A stretch of 64,000 bases of DNA from NCBI GenBank assembly GCA_964016885.1, contig OZ024740.1, positions 149,482,001-149,546,000 of the forward strand. The letters run 5' to 3'. The notes below the pieces were generated by a model that had not been told where the DNA came from, did not search any database, and saw nothing but the letters and a program-made list of their open reading frames with translations. The DNA is from Eledone cirrhosa (Eukaryota). A program made the translations under genes and the position numbers. Positions 23,975 to 36,091 of the stretch are shown here, piece after piece (positions within the stretch are counted from its first letter, which is position 1; each line of letters begins with the position of its first letter).

Positions 23975-26900
23975 TTTTTTTTTAAACACTTTAGTCTTTA
24001 TTGTGTTGTATCAGATGAAAGAATGATATTTAACTAATGTATTGGTACGCGATGGGGCTCACCCACAGCCCCAGCGGACAGAATGGAGAAGGCGTTTCCC
24101 CGGAGGACAGCAAGGGAGACGCGCTGGAAAAGCCACTCCAACTCGCAGGGTTCACACCTGCGGCTGGCCAGCTCAACGCCTGTCGTAGTGAGTAAGGAGG
24201 TAGCCCTGGGGCTGAGGACACCAGAAGTCTCCACTGCCAGGAGAACGAGCGCAAACCTATCGTAGAGCGACCGGTATTTGAGAAGTTTGGCCCCCTCAGC
24301 CCGACGTGCAGCAGAACCTGGGTCAGTCGCAGATTGCACCAGGTTGCGGCTGCAGAAAGTGTCGGTGCAAGTGGCATCCCAGACGAGGGGTTTGTCACCG
24401 CGGAAGGGGAAGATGGTCATGCCATCTGGCCTTTTGCCGTCCCCTCGATCCAACCCCACCGGCTCGAGCTGGGAAGGGAGGCCTGCAGCGTCCAATGCTT
24501 AATGACCTCATTAAGGGCAGCATGGCGTGGAATGCGGCCGGCACTGTGGCGACAGGAAAGCGGGTGGAAGCCGAAAGAGTCCACGGTGGATCCGCAGCGA
24601 CATTGGTGTGGCTAGCAGATCCGGAGGCCGAGCCTCAGGGAAACGCCTAATCGCAGGCTATAGTTGTCTAGCTGCGTGCCAGTGGAGAAGGAGGGCAGGG
24701 AATGGAGCCAGGCACCACTGTGGGGTTCGGAGGCCGCCGAAAACAAGCAAGGTGGTGCTGGCGCCTGAGCCTGTCTGAGGCCAGGCTGCACTGGATCGCA
24801 TCCCAAGTGCGTTGGGGGGACTTGACGTCAACAGGGGGAGAAGGAGGAGGGACGTCTACTGGGCTAAGTCCCAGCCGGTCCCACGTCTCACAGGTGGCCT
24901 CACGTTCTCTCAACACAGGGTTCTGTTGTGTTTTGAAGAACCCTGCTGACGAGGACGCGGCACGAGGTGTTACCGACGAAAGATACGCCGACAAAGCTAG
25001 TGAGATCGGGGTCCGGAGGCCAAGGCCGCCATACCTGACCGGTAAAGTGGCCTGTTTCCACCCTATGTCGTCAAACTTGACGTTGCATATCCCCTCGGCT
25101 GCTGCTCGGATACAAGTATCGAGGTCAGCGAGGAGAGATGTCTGGGTGTAGCATGGAGCGCTGCGGAGTGTATAGAAGAGCTTCGTCATGGCGAAGCAGT
25201 TCCTCAGTAGAAAGAGAGCTGGGTGGCCGTCAATCAAGCCCAGTCGGCTCGTGAGAGTCTGGAGCTGTTGAAGCCTGGACCTGATGGTGGAGCGGATGGC
25301 GGGAGGGTGGATCGGTGACCCGATGATGAGGACATCCTCTTTGGGGGTCACCTGAACCTGGCGGAGAATGGACAGCACCTTCCAAGACGGAGGCTGCAAA
25401 GCTCGCAGCATCGAGGCTGACGTTCACCACCTCCGACTTGGCCGAGTTGACCTGGAGGCCGATTCCCGCCAGGGCAGGAATCACCGATTGAAGGTCTTGG
25501 CAGACCGTCCGTACGGGCCCGCCCAACGTAGCATCATACAGATACTAAACGTTGAGAGGGGCCGTGATACTCCGGGCGATGTCGTCAATACCAAGGGCGA
25601 ACAGGAGGGAGTCCAAAGGGTCGCCCTGTTGGACCCCAGTAGCCGAGGGTATGACCGTATCAGCAGCTAGGAGCATGCTCGGGGCTCCATATGATAGGTA
25701 GGCCAGCGGGTAGGTAGAGGGGGCTCGGCTGAGGCAGGCCTCGAGCAGAGGATCCCGGCGTAAAGAGTTAGAGGCATTCCTCATGTCAAGCTTGACAATG
25801 AGGTGCCTGGAGTCCCTGGATGCCGGTGCCGATGGGCAGCTGCTGAAGAACTGCCTGATTGCATGAGCGGCTCCCTCACAGCCACCGGACACGCCGACAC
25901 CCAGTTGTACCGGACTAAACTCCTCACCCAGTTCGTGTGTGACGGACTTGCAAATCACCTTGGCAGCCAGCCTCCGGAAGACATTGCCCACAGCAATGGG
26001 GCGTATGCCACCCTCTTTCTTCCTGAGAGCGGTGAGGCTGGCCGAAAAAAGAGGCCTCGGGCGTAAGGGTCGAGGGCACCATGAATGAGCCTATTGTTGA
26101 GCGCCACAATTGCACTCAGAAGGCGGCGCCCGGCCTCAGCGGAGCGGATGGATGTCAACTCCTTCAGATGGCCTGGTCGGAGACCATCAACACCTCCGCA
26201 GCTGCTAGCTGGGAAGGACCTGATGGCGGACATGATATCTGCATCAGTAGCCACAAGGAGCAGGTGGGGGTCGGGTGGGGGTATGGGTCTGAGATCAGTG
26301 GGTGGCTCAGGGTGTTTGAGCCGCAGAGCAGCCAGGACCTCCTCGGTGGGTTGGAGGACAGTGTCTTCTGAGGCAACAACTCTGACTGCGGCCGAGACAT
26401 CACCCATGATAAGCTTTGCGTTTAACTGGTCACGCAAACGCTTGGCGCTGGCCTCGGGGGTGGAGGATAGGGGGTACCTGAGGGTGGGGTGTGTGGCGTC
26501 CCTGGGCACGCTTGGAATGAGCGCTCGCCCAAATGACGGGACATTGGCCTTGACGAAGGCTGCTGTTGACCGGCCGCCCTGGTCAGCGCCAGAGCTGGGA
26601 AGGCCGAGGGCGAGTGGGGCAAAATAGAACAGCCGCTCCCAGTCACTGGCTCGATTGGAGTCCAGGGCGCTCTCAATCGAGGAAGCGAGGGCATCGGCTA
26701 CCAGCACCCGTGCCGCTCTCGGGATCCTGAGTGGGATCTTCCGGAGCCGCCTGAGCCGAGCGATGTTGACCAGCAAGCTCGCTGTCCCATCTGGTGGTGT
26801 GCCAGACGGCCGTGGCTGGGAAGACGTGGGGAAGAGACAGCTCCTGCACCTCCTCGTTGCGAGGGCATTGGAAGCTCGACGAGTCAAGCCAACGCAGGTG

Positions 26901-27310
26901 AGGTTGTGGAAGCAGCCGCACCCCAAACAGTTCCGGCCCCTCTTCTGTTTGTTAGTGGTGCCGCAAGTGCTGCAGGTGTCGATTTGGAGGAGTGGGGGAT
27001 GGGGCGTGGGGCCGGGGACTGGGGCATCGAGCGGCATCAGGGGTGGGTGGCTGGCGTGTGTCGGTGGAAGGGAAAGTGCTGGTGAGAGGGCAGCATAGCT
27101 CACCTATATATATGGAGGTGCCAGAAAACGAGAGCGAAAAGGGGCTGCATGGAGGGGGAGACACAGGAAGGTAGAATGGCAGTAAATGATTGAGTGAATG
27201 GATGGATGTACACAAAAAAGGGGGGGGGAGAATACAAGGGGTTGTTCCCAGCGGAAAGACCCAGAGTTCAGCATGCACACATGCGAGCAACTGAGCAGTT
27301 TGTCATAGGA
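23975..27310 (-). mobile_element. Near full-length CRE-clade non-LTR retrotransposon (RT + restriction-like endonuclease), inactivated
   Basis: Frameshifted ORF pieces: N-terminal Cys finger, GNVFRRLAAK, LDMRNA, GVQQGDPL, YLDD mutated to *YLYD, LPVRYGGLGLR, and REL motif GKRPDG...WDATCTDT. AATAAA and poly(A) near 24000/23980. The 5' limit is approximate. Confidence 0.9.
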
Positions 27311-28169
27311 CCTAGTGGCTGGCTTCCTCTTGTTAATGGTAGAGATGTTGTTGTTAATGACACTGTTGTCGTCGTTGCCTTCCTCTTGTTAATGGTGAAG
27401 ATATAGAGCGAAATAAAAAATCCACCAGCAGACAATTATATAAAAAAAGTATCTAGAAATAAAAGTCAGTTATAGTATTATTTAACCATATAACGCCAAT
27501 TGGCTGTCTGACTCAGTAAGTGTGGATTACATACATACATACATACATACATGATGGCCGCAAACTCTGCTAAGAGTATTGCAATCGCCTGTCAGATTAC
27601 AGAAAATGGTGCACTTTTAGGCTACGGCCAGCCACACAAACCTGTAACATATCCTGAACAAACAATGCCTGTGCTTTGAAGGTTTTTTTAAGTGGGGAAA
27701 GGCCTTGCACTCGATTAATCCCACTCTCTCAGCATCGCAAACACTACTCGAAAAGGAGAACTAGTCAACATCATTGGATGCTTCCGAAGCCGCAGTTTTA
27801 TTTCAGAGTTTCGATTTCCTAGAAAGGTGTTGTGACAACAACTGGGGGCCTTTCACTCTCAGATAAAAAGAAGTACTATTTGGATGGCCGTTGACTCTTC
27901 CGGGTTCCTCCGCCCTTTGCCGGGTCTTGTATTTCATTCTGCAGAGTGTTCAAATATCACCCTCCTCACCAAGCAAGCTTGGTGGGGTTGCCGGTTTAGT
28001 CGTCGACGACCTGACCATGAGACAGGTTGTACTGGGCTACATGTTACCAGTAGCACTGGAGAGCAACCTGACATACATACATGCATGATAGCAGCTAGAT
28101 CGTGCTCAAGGATAGTCATCGCTTGGATTTTCAAGCGTGTGTGTAACACGGATGTGACATTTTAGGCCA

Positions 28170-28760
28170 GTAAGAGTATATGCTACAGACATGGACTTTG
28201 GCGGCAAGAATCGATGGTTAGTTTCCTTGTACTTTCATGCGCCTCTTCAAGCCTTCTGCAGGGTAGCCGAGTTTACCATATTGTTATACCATACGCATCA
28301 TTATAATCTGAACCAGCCCATTATACATGGTTACTTTTGTGAGTTTTTCATCGGAATTTGCAAAGGCTGACTGGCCTACACTGATTTCATGTCAACTCTC
28401 CTTGATCTCCCACATTTTCTGGCAACTCCACTTCCAAGGCCATCCTCACATCCTTTTTTTAAACATGTCATAGTTTCTTCGAACCGTTTCAAAGTGTGCT
28501 TTCCTTTCATCTACAGCTTTCCTGCACCGTGTTCGAACATTGGCAGTTTGTTCCCTGTCTCTAGCGACATACCAGCTTTCATCAAAGATGATTTCATACG
28601 GTCATTACAGTGGGGGTAACGTAACAATACGTTCACAATATCAGTATTTATCTTCAAGGCTAGGACCAATCTTCACAGTACAAACAGAATACATTTTCTT
28701 GGAAATCCCTTGAAATTTTCCATGTCTTTTCCATCCCCGCACGAGGAGTTAGTCCCCTCA
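28170..28760 (-). mobile_element. Degraded LINE (RTE-like) fragment
   Basis: Resembles the RT C-terminal/Cys-rich region also seen at 5440-5800; no intact frame. Confidence 0.4.
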
Positions 28761-30489
28761 ATATACGCTTAAATTATTATTCTTTTAAATTTGCATTCCA
28801 TTTATATTGTAGTTCTACTGAGTTCCAGATCAGTCCTAATTAAACTGACCTAATATAAAATACATTCTAATCGTGTCTCATCCAGTATTTGCACTGGGTG
28901 ATTGCTGGCCTTGTGCCAAAAAGTAGAAACAATTACTAGTACTCTATTTTATCGACCCCGTAAGGATGAAGGCAAAGTTAACATCGGCGGGATTTGAACT
29001 CAGACCATAAAGGGCTGTAACTCATTGCTGCAAAACATGGCATCCGACCCTCTACCGATACTGCCAATCCACCGTCTTTAAACATAATATTAATAATGAG
29101 AAAGATATTTAACTAAATTTCTCGAAACTATTGATTATTTCCAAAATAATAATGTTTTTCATTATATAAAATCTGTCACATGGTCGGGTCGTCGGTGACT
29201 AAAAGGGCAATCCTCCAAGTTTGCTTGGTAAGGAGGGTGATTTTGGACACCCCGCATTATGAAAAACAAAATCTGACAAAGATTGAAGGAACTCAGGTAA
29301 GTCAACGGCTATCTAATACTGTTTACATATGTACTTTATAGTGACACTGCTTAACAATTGGTTCTTTTTATGTCCTGTAACTTAACAGTTATATCGTGTG
29401 GGTGTGTAAATGTGTATATGTTAATTATGCCACTCAGCAAATTGATGACCCGCAATATAAGCTCATCTAAGCTGATGACCTAGCTTCTCTCCGTTTGAAG
29501 GCCGACCTGAATGGGGGAAAAGCCACATCCTACACGAGGTGCTCTGATATGGCTATCATAGGGTAGTCTAGCAGAACAGGTTGGATCTAGAGAAGTAAGC
29601 CTCCACATAAATACTACTTGTCTCATAGTCAGCAGTAACTCAGGTGATGAATACCTGTGGGTTGGCACGATTGCTCCAGTTAGCGGAGAAAGTTATGAGT
29701 ATAACGTTGTGGCCAGCCGCATACATTCTAGCCATTAAAAAAAAGCAAAACGAATGTTTTATTTTCGATGGAGTGATGATTCAAGAGGTTTAACTTATAT
29801 ATAATGCATACCCAGAGACAAATCATGGTCAAAGGGAAAGCACTCTAGAAAGAGAAAAGAAAATGATTTCCCTCGCCGCCGAACCTGCTTAGATTCAACC
29901 TCTAGCGTGGGAGTCTTCAGCGTGTACGCATAAACACACACGCACACACGCGCGCGTTAATTACGAATGTAAGATTAGCCCAAGTGACAGGGTTATACTC
30001 TTACACAGGTGCCACAGCAACAAAGGGGCGTTGGTATAATCAATGCCATTCATTCAGAAGACGGGATAAAAGTAAGAGCCCAGCCCTCTCTGAACTTGTC
30101 AGGATGAGGCTGAATGAACAACACCGAGTATTCGCTCTCCTCGTCCAAGGTTCGATCCGCAACCTCATACGGAGAACAATCTGATGCGTGTCACCTGGGT
30201 ACCTCCGAAATCATGGAGATACTAAGAAGGGGACCATTAGTATTTAATAGGAGATTAGACATATTTGGCAATTTTCCTCATAAGAATGCCACCGCCGATA
30301 GATACTGATCCGATATTACATTCACTTGTGCGAGTGGTAGGTAACGCCATCTATGTATTGTATCGTGCATCACTTCTAGTAACCTAGCCACACCCGAATA
30401 ATAACTCAGCCTGCTCTAGTTTTCAACAATATCCGTGTTATTTGGATATAGGTAATAGATGGACACCTCCTTGTACTGTTCTTACACTG

Positions 30490-30629
30490 TCACGATCTGT
30501 TTACTCACGATCTGTTTACTTACGATCTGTTTACTCACGATCTGTTTACTTACAATCTGTTTACTTACGATCTGTTTACTTACGATCTGTTTACTTACGA
30601 TCTGTTTACTTACGATCTGTTTACTTACA
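30490..30629. repeat. 15-bp minisatellite, ~9 copies
   Basis: Tandem t(c/t)acgatctgtttac units. Confidence 0.95.
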
Positions 30630-31029
30630 AGATACACTACTATGTATTTGTATTACTATGTGTGGTGTATTGGTCAACTTAAATTTACGTTGCTTATGTT
30701 TACACTACCTGTATGTGTATATATATATAATAATAATAATTGTTTCTACTTTAGGCACAAGGCCAGCAATTACCCAGTACATTACTGGTACTTTATTTTA
30801 TCGACCCCGTAAGGATGAAAGGCAAAGTTAACCTCGGCGGGATTTGAACTCAGACTGTAAAGGGACGTAACTATGCTGGAAAGCATGGCGTTCGACCCTC
30901 TACCGATACTGCCAATCCACTAATAATATTTAAACAGGAAAGATCAGTAATTTCCTTCTACCTTATTACCAGTAAGAGAAATACCTCAATGTAAGAACAT
31001 CAGTTGTTTTACAGAGCAGGAAAATAAAT

Positions 31030-31031
31030 AT

Positions 31032-31110
<79 letters not shown>

Positions 31111-31113
31111 TAT
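31030..31113. repeat. (TTTA)n microsatellite
   Basis: Direct reading. Confidence 0.95.
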
Positions 31114-31549
31114 TCATTTTTCAATTTGAATACGCGTCAATGTGTGATGAGCTTATCTTCCCTGTCACATGGCACTGAAAGTTGCGGTTACTATTGCAAT
31201 AGTTCAACAACACTAGAGCAGTCACTAGGTAACTGATCTCTTCCAGAAGGGCTAATTCCTTATTGATTAAGCTGCTCTTAGCCAATTACGTATTGATTAA
31301 TAGCATTACCTAATTTTCTTTGCACGGTAGTTCCATGTGGACTGTCGTTAGTAGATGGAGTATCAGAAACTAATGCATTAGTCTGGGGCAAGAAAGATTT
31401 TCTATCCACTGAAATCGTCTTTCTTACCATTTAACGTATTAGTGTCCATTCTAATTTACCTGGGCTGGTATCTTAATGATACGATCTTAATTACATTATT
31501 GAGTGAGTGGGAAAATGATCGAAGGTGTAACGGTCCTAATCGATAGCTT

Positions 31550-32830
31550 CGTTTCAGTATTGGAAGTATCGTTAGAGCGTCGAACACTCTGCTTCGTGAC
31601 ATAGAGTTATGGCCCTTTACATTCTAAGTTCAAATCCCACCGAGGTTAACTTTGCCTTTCATCCTTACGGAGGTCGATAAAATAAAGCACCAGTAACGAA
31701 CTGGGGTCGATTTAATCGACTTTCCCCTCCCCCCAAATTGCTGGTCTTGTGCCTATATAACAAACCAGTATTGGCGGTGAATTGGCAATATCGGTAGAGG
31801 GTCGGACGCCATGCTTTGCAGCAAAGAGTTACGGCCCTTTATGATCTGAGTTCAAATCCCGCTGAGGTTAATTTCGCCTTTCATCCTTTCGGGGTCGATA
31901 AAATAAAGTACCAGTAATGTACTGGGTAATTGCTGGCCTTGTGCCAAAAGTAGAAACAATTATTCGTAGTATCGGTAGAGGGTCGGACGCCATACTTTGA
32001 CGCATAGAGTTACAGCCCTTGCCATTCTGAGTTCAAATCCCGCTGAGGTTAACTTTGCCTTTCATCCTTACGGGGTCGATAAAATAAAGTACCAGTAATA
32101 CACTGGGTAATTGCTGGCCTTGTGCCAAAAAGTAGAAACAATTATTATGTACCAGTAATACACTGAGATAATTGCTGGCCTTGTGCCAAAAGTAAAAACA
32201 ATTATTATGTGTGTGGATTGGCAGTATCGGTAGAGGGTCGGACGCCATCTTTGCAGCATAGAGTTACGGCCCTTTATGATCTGAGTTCAAATCCCGCCGA
32301 GGTTAACTTTGCCTTTCATCCTTACGGGGTCGATAAAATAAAGTACCAGTCACGCACTGGGGTCGATTTAATAGACTTCCCCATCTCCCAAAATTGCTAT
32401 AGTAGAAATCATTATTATTGAATATTATTGGGCGGTGGATTGGCAGTATCGGTAAAGAGTCGGAGGTCATGCTTTACAGCATAGAGTTACGGTTTGAGTT
32501 CAAATCCCGCCGAGATCAACTTCGTTTTTTATCCTTACGGGGTCGATAAAGTAAAGTACCAGTAATGTACTGGGTAATTGCTGGCCTTGTGCCAAAAGTA
32601 GAAACAATTATTATTGTACAATTTCCTCTTATTATGGGCGGTGAATTGGCAGTATCGATAGAGGGTTGGACGCCATGCTTTCTAGCATAGTTACGTCCCT
32701 TTACGGTCTGAGTTCAAATCCCGTCGAGGTTAACTTTGCCTTTCATCCTTACGGGGTCGATCAAATAAAGTACCAGTAATGCACTGGGGTAATTGCTGGC
32801 ATTGTGCCTAAATCTGAAACCACTATTATT
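31550..32830 (+). mobile_element. Head-to-tail array of ~6 tRNA-derived SINE copies
   Basis: Unit starts near 31550, 31773, 31965, 32213, 32430 and 32636, each ending in an ATT-rich tail; extra tail duplication at ~32150-32208. Confidence 0.9.
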
Positions 32831-33329
32831 GTACAATGTTTCATTATCCCACTGCTATGTGATTGTAACTTGCCTATGCTCTTACTGTATTTTGAATCTT
32901 AATTAATAATTTCTTTTTCATAATTTAATCTTAACTTTTAGTTTTCTAACTTTCAATTTTTAATTTTGATTTCTGACTGGTTTACTACTTTCATCAATTC
33001 AATTAATTTTTAGACAATTAAAAAGAAAAATTCCTAAAATCTTAATGTTACAATTTTTAATATTTTAGATTTTATTGTCATGCTTAACAGGAACTGTATA
33101 TAAACCACTTATCTGTTGATCTAGCTTAGCCTAGTGTTAGTTAATCTAGCATGATGTGAGTAATTATAATTCCCATAATTTCCATAATTTCCACACTTTC
33201 AGACTATTCCCCCATCCCCTATAACATTACTATTTGATCTTTGCTTTTATTCTTTCATCCTCTTCTATTACCTCCACCGAACCGCTACATATATAGTCCA
33301 TAAAACTTCATAAATATACATAGTCTAAG

Positions 33330-35635
33330 GGGAATCGGGGAGAGAGATCAACAATTGATTTTGTTATTGTCTCTGATCTCTTCGGTTTTGTGCTGGATGT
33401 TCGTGTTAAGAGAGGGGCTGAACTATCAACTGATCATCATCTAGTTATCTGCAACTTGAGACTACCTAAAGCCAAAGAAGCCCACAGAACTGGCAGGTCC
33501 AGGGTGACATGCAGGATAAAGTGAGAAGCGTTGGTGGATAAGGAAGTGAGAACCAGGTATTCAGATACTATTGCATCTAAATTTAGAGAACTCCCTGAGC
33601 AAACTGAAGACGTTGAGACAGATTAGATATTGGTCATCCCAGCAGTTTCTGCTTCAACTGTTGAATGCTACAGGCGAAAGAGGCTTGTTATGGCGCTGGA
33701 TGGCAGGAGGACCCTTTGGTTCAATCAAGAGGTCAAAGATACCATCCGAGCAAAGAAGGAGGTCTACAAAGCTTGGCTGGGAAATAAGCCCTCCTTCTTG
33801 CACTTGCGGTATAAGCAGGCACGAAGAATCGCAGCAGAGACAGTAAAAACGTCCGAAGTTAAGACACGAGAGGACTTTGGTGTTAAGCTGGAATCCGACT
33901 TCAGATCAGCAGATAAAGTGTTCTGGCAGACCATCAGCTGACTTCTTCATAATAAGAAGTCCTCCTCCACGCCTGCTATCAGGAACGCGTCTGGGATTCT
34001 CCTCTCTTCAGAGAGATGTTTCCTAGCGAGGTGGAGAGAATACTTTGCTGATCTCCTAAGCCCGATCACAACAGCATCTTCCGATGTACACAAAGTGCAT
34101 CTGGGAGCGGTGCCTATCTCTGAGGGTGAGGTCACACAAGCAGTTAAAGAGCTCAAATTTGCAAGGCCGCTGGGGATGATAAAATCTGAAATCCGGCTCG
34201 AGATGTTAAAAGCCTTATCTAGAGAAGGTATTCTCTGGCTGACCCCTGTGGGGCCTGGGTCTCTGGAAAAGCACCTAAGCAATGGCAATTGGGAGTGATA
34301 ATCCCAATTTTCAAAAACAGAGACAAGAGAAATTGTTCTAATTACAGAGGGATCTCCTTGTTAAGCCCCCCTGGTAAAGTCTATGCTAAGTGTCTGGAAT
34401 AGAGATGCAGGGAAATTGTTGAGTCCAAAGTAGCTGATGACTAGTGCGATATTCGCTCCGGACGCAGCAAAGCCTATGAAATATTCACAATGCGGCAGGT
34501 CTTCGGGAAATTGAGGGAGTATTACAAAGAGGCATATGACTACGTTCCTCAGACCTGCTGTGAGAGGTTCTGCAGGAATATGGGATCGATGGTCAGCTTC
34601 TTGCTGCGCTGATGTCTCTATACGAATGACCGATTATTTGTGTTCAGGTAAATGGTGCTAAACCGAAACCATTCAATGTGAGAGTCAGACTCCGCCAAGG
34701 GTGTATACTTTCACCTCTACTGTTCATTATTTTCATGAACAGGATTGACATGCACAGTCGGGCTGGAACTGGCATAACGACTGGTGGATGCAACATCAGT
34801 CGGCATGAATTTGCAGACGACATGGTGCTACATTTGCGACAGAAAGTGATCCCCAACTTGCACTCGATAGGTTTCATGCCGAGTGCTGCATGGCTGGAAT
34901 GAAAATCAGTGCTGCGAAAAATGAGAGACTCATCCTCTCAAGGAAGCCGGCGCTGTGCACTCTACATGTGGATGGAGTTCCATTGAAGCAGGTAGAGAGG
35001 TTCGAGTATTTCGGGGCCGTGTTGACGAGTGATGGAAGGCAGGAGGCTCAATTAAGTGCAAGACTTGCTGGAGCTGGTACAGTAATGCGCAAGCTTCAGC
35101 ATTCGGTAATGAGAAGAAGGGAGGTAGGTGTAAAAGCTCAATTTGCTATCTTCAATTCGGTATTCGTGCCAACCCTTACCTATGGTCATGAATCGTGGGT
35201 AATGACCGAAAGAATAAGATCGCAAGTATAAGCGGCCGAAAAGGGGGTTTCCGAAGGGACTTTGGAGTACCGTTACTCTATAGAGTGCGTGGCTCGGCGA
35301 TCAGAGAGTCATTCCTTGTAGAGCCACTACTTCTCCGAATTGAGAGATCACAACTCCGATAGTATGGGCATGCGGTTATAATGTCTCAGGAAAGAATCGC
35401 TGGACAGATTTTATGGGTAAAACCTACCGGAAGAAGACCTAGCTCTAGACTCTGAGCAAGATGGTTGGACAACATCCATGTGATTGGCGGGTCTCGCTTG
35501 AGGATCAGTTGGAGACGGTTTCTTCTGAGAGGACTCGCTGGAAAGAGTGTTTGAGGACTCAGCTGCAACTACCCTCTCAGGAATAAGAGGGCTAAAAGAA
35601 GGAAGAGGAGGAGAAGAACAAGAAGAAGAAACTTC
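33330..35635 (+). mobile_element. 5'-truncated RTE LINE, degraded, with (GAA)n-like tail
   Basis: STDHHLV (APE end), NYRGISLL, RQGCILSPLLF, FADD and LTYGHESW motifs with stops. Confidence 0.9.
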
Positions 35636-36028
35636 AGGACAATAGGGTTGTAGTAGTGGATTGACAAACACTAAAGAAGTCTGACTGAGATGACCTTGTA
35701 TTTTTAAATTTCTTTTTTCACCTCCTGGTTCACTGCAACTTATTTACTTATTCATCATGGAATGTATCATGTAAATAGATTTTAATAGAAAAAGAAAAAA
35801 AAAAGAAAATTTAGGTTGGGAAGAATGAAATGTAAAACAGGAAAATTTAGAGAAAAAAGAGAATAAGATTGAAAAAATGGGAAGGACTCTAGAGTCACAG
35901 AGAGGAATAGGGAAGGGGAGGGTGATTGGGCTCTGTCCTTTGGGTGTGGCTATATATATATATATATATGTGTGTATATATATATATGATGGCTGCCCCC
36001 TCGTTATCGAGTATGGCCATTGCACGAG

Positions 36029-36072
<44 letters not shown>

Positions 36073-36091
36073 TATTAATAATAATAATAAT

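Noticed and set aside
24083-27098. Numerous long plus-strand ORFs over the GC-rich CRE element (similarly over Tx1)
   Set aside because: Antisense shadows of GC-rich retroelement coding sequence.
30490-30629. Regular short repeats suggesting a CRISPR array
   Set aside because: Units are contiguous with no spacers, the context is eukaryotic and there are no cas genes.
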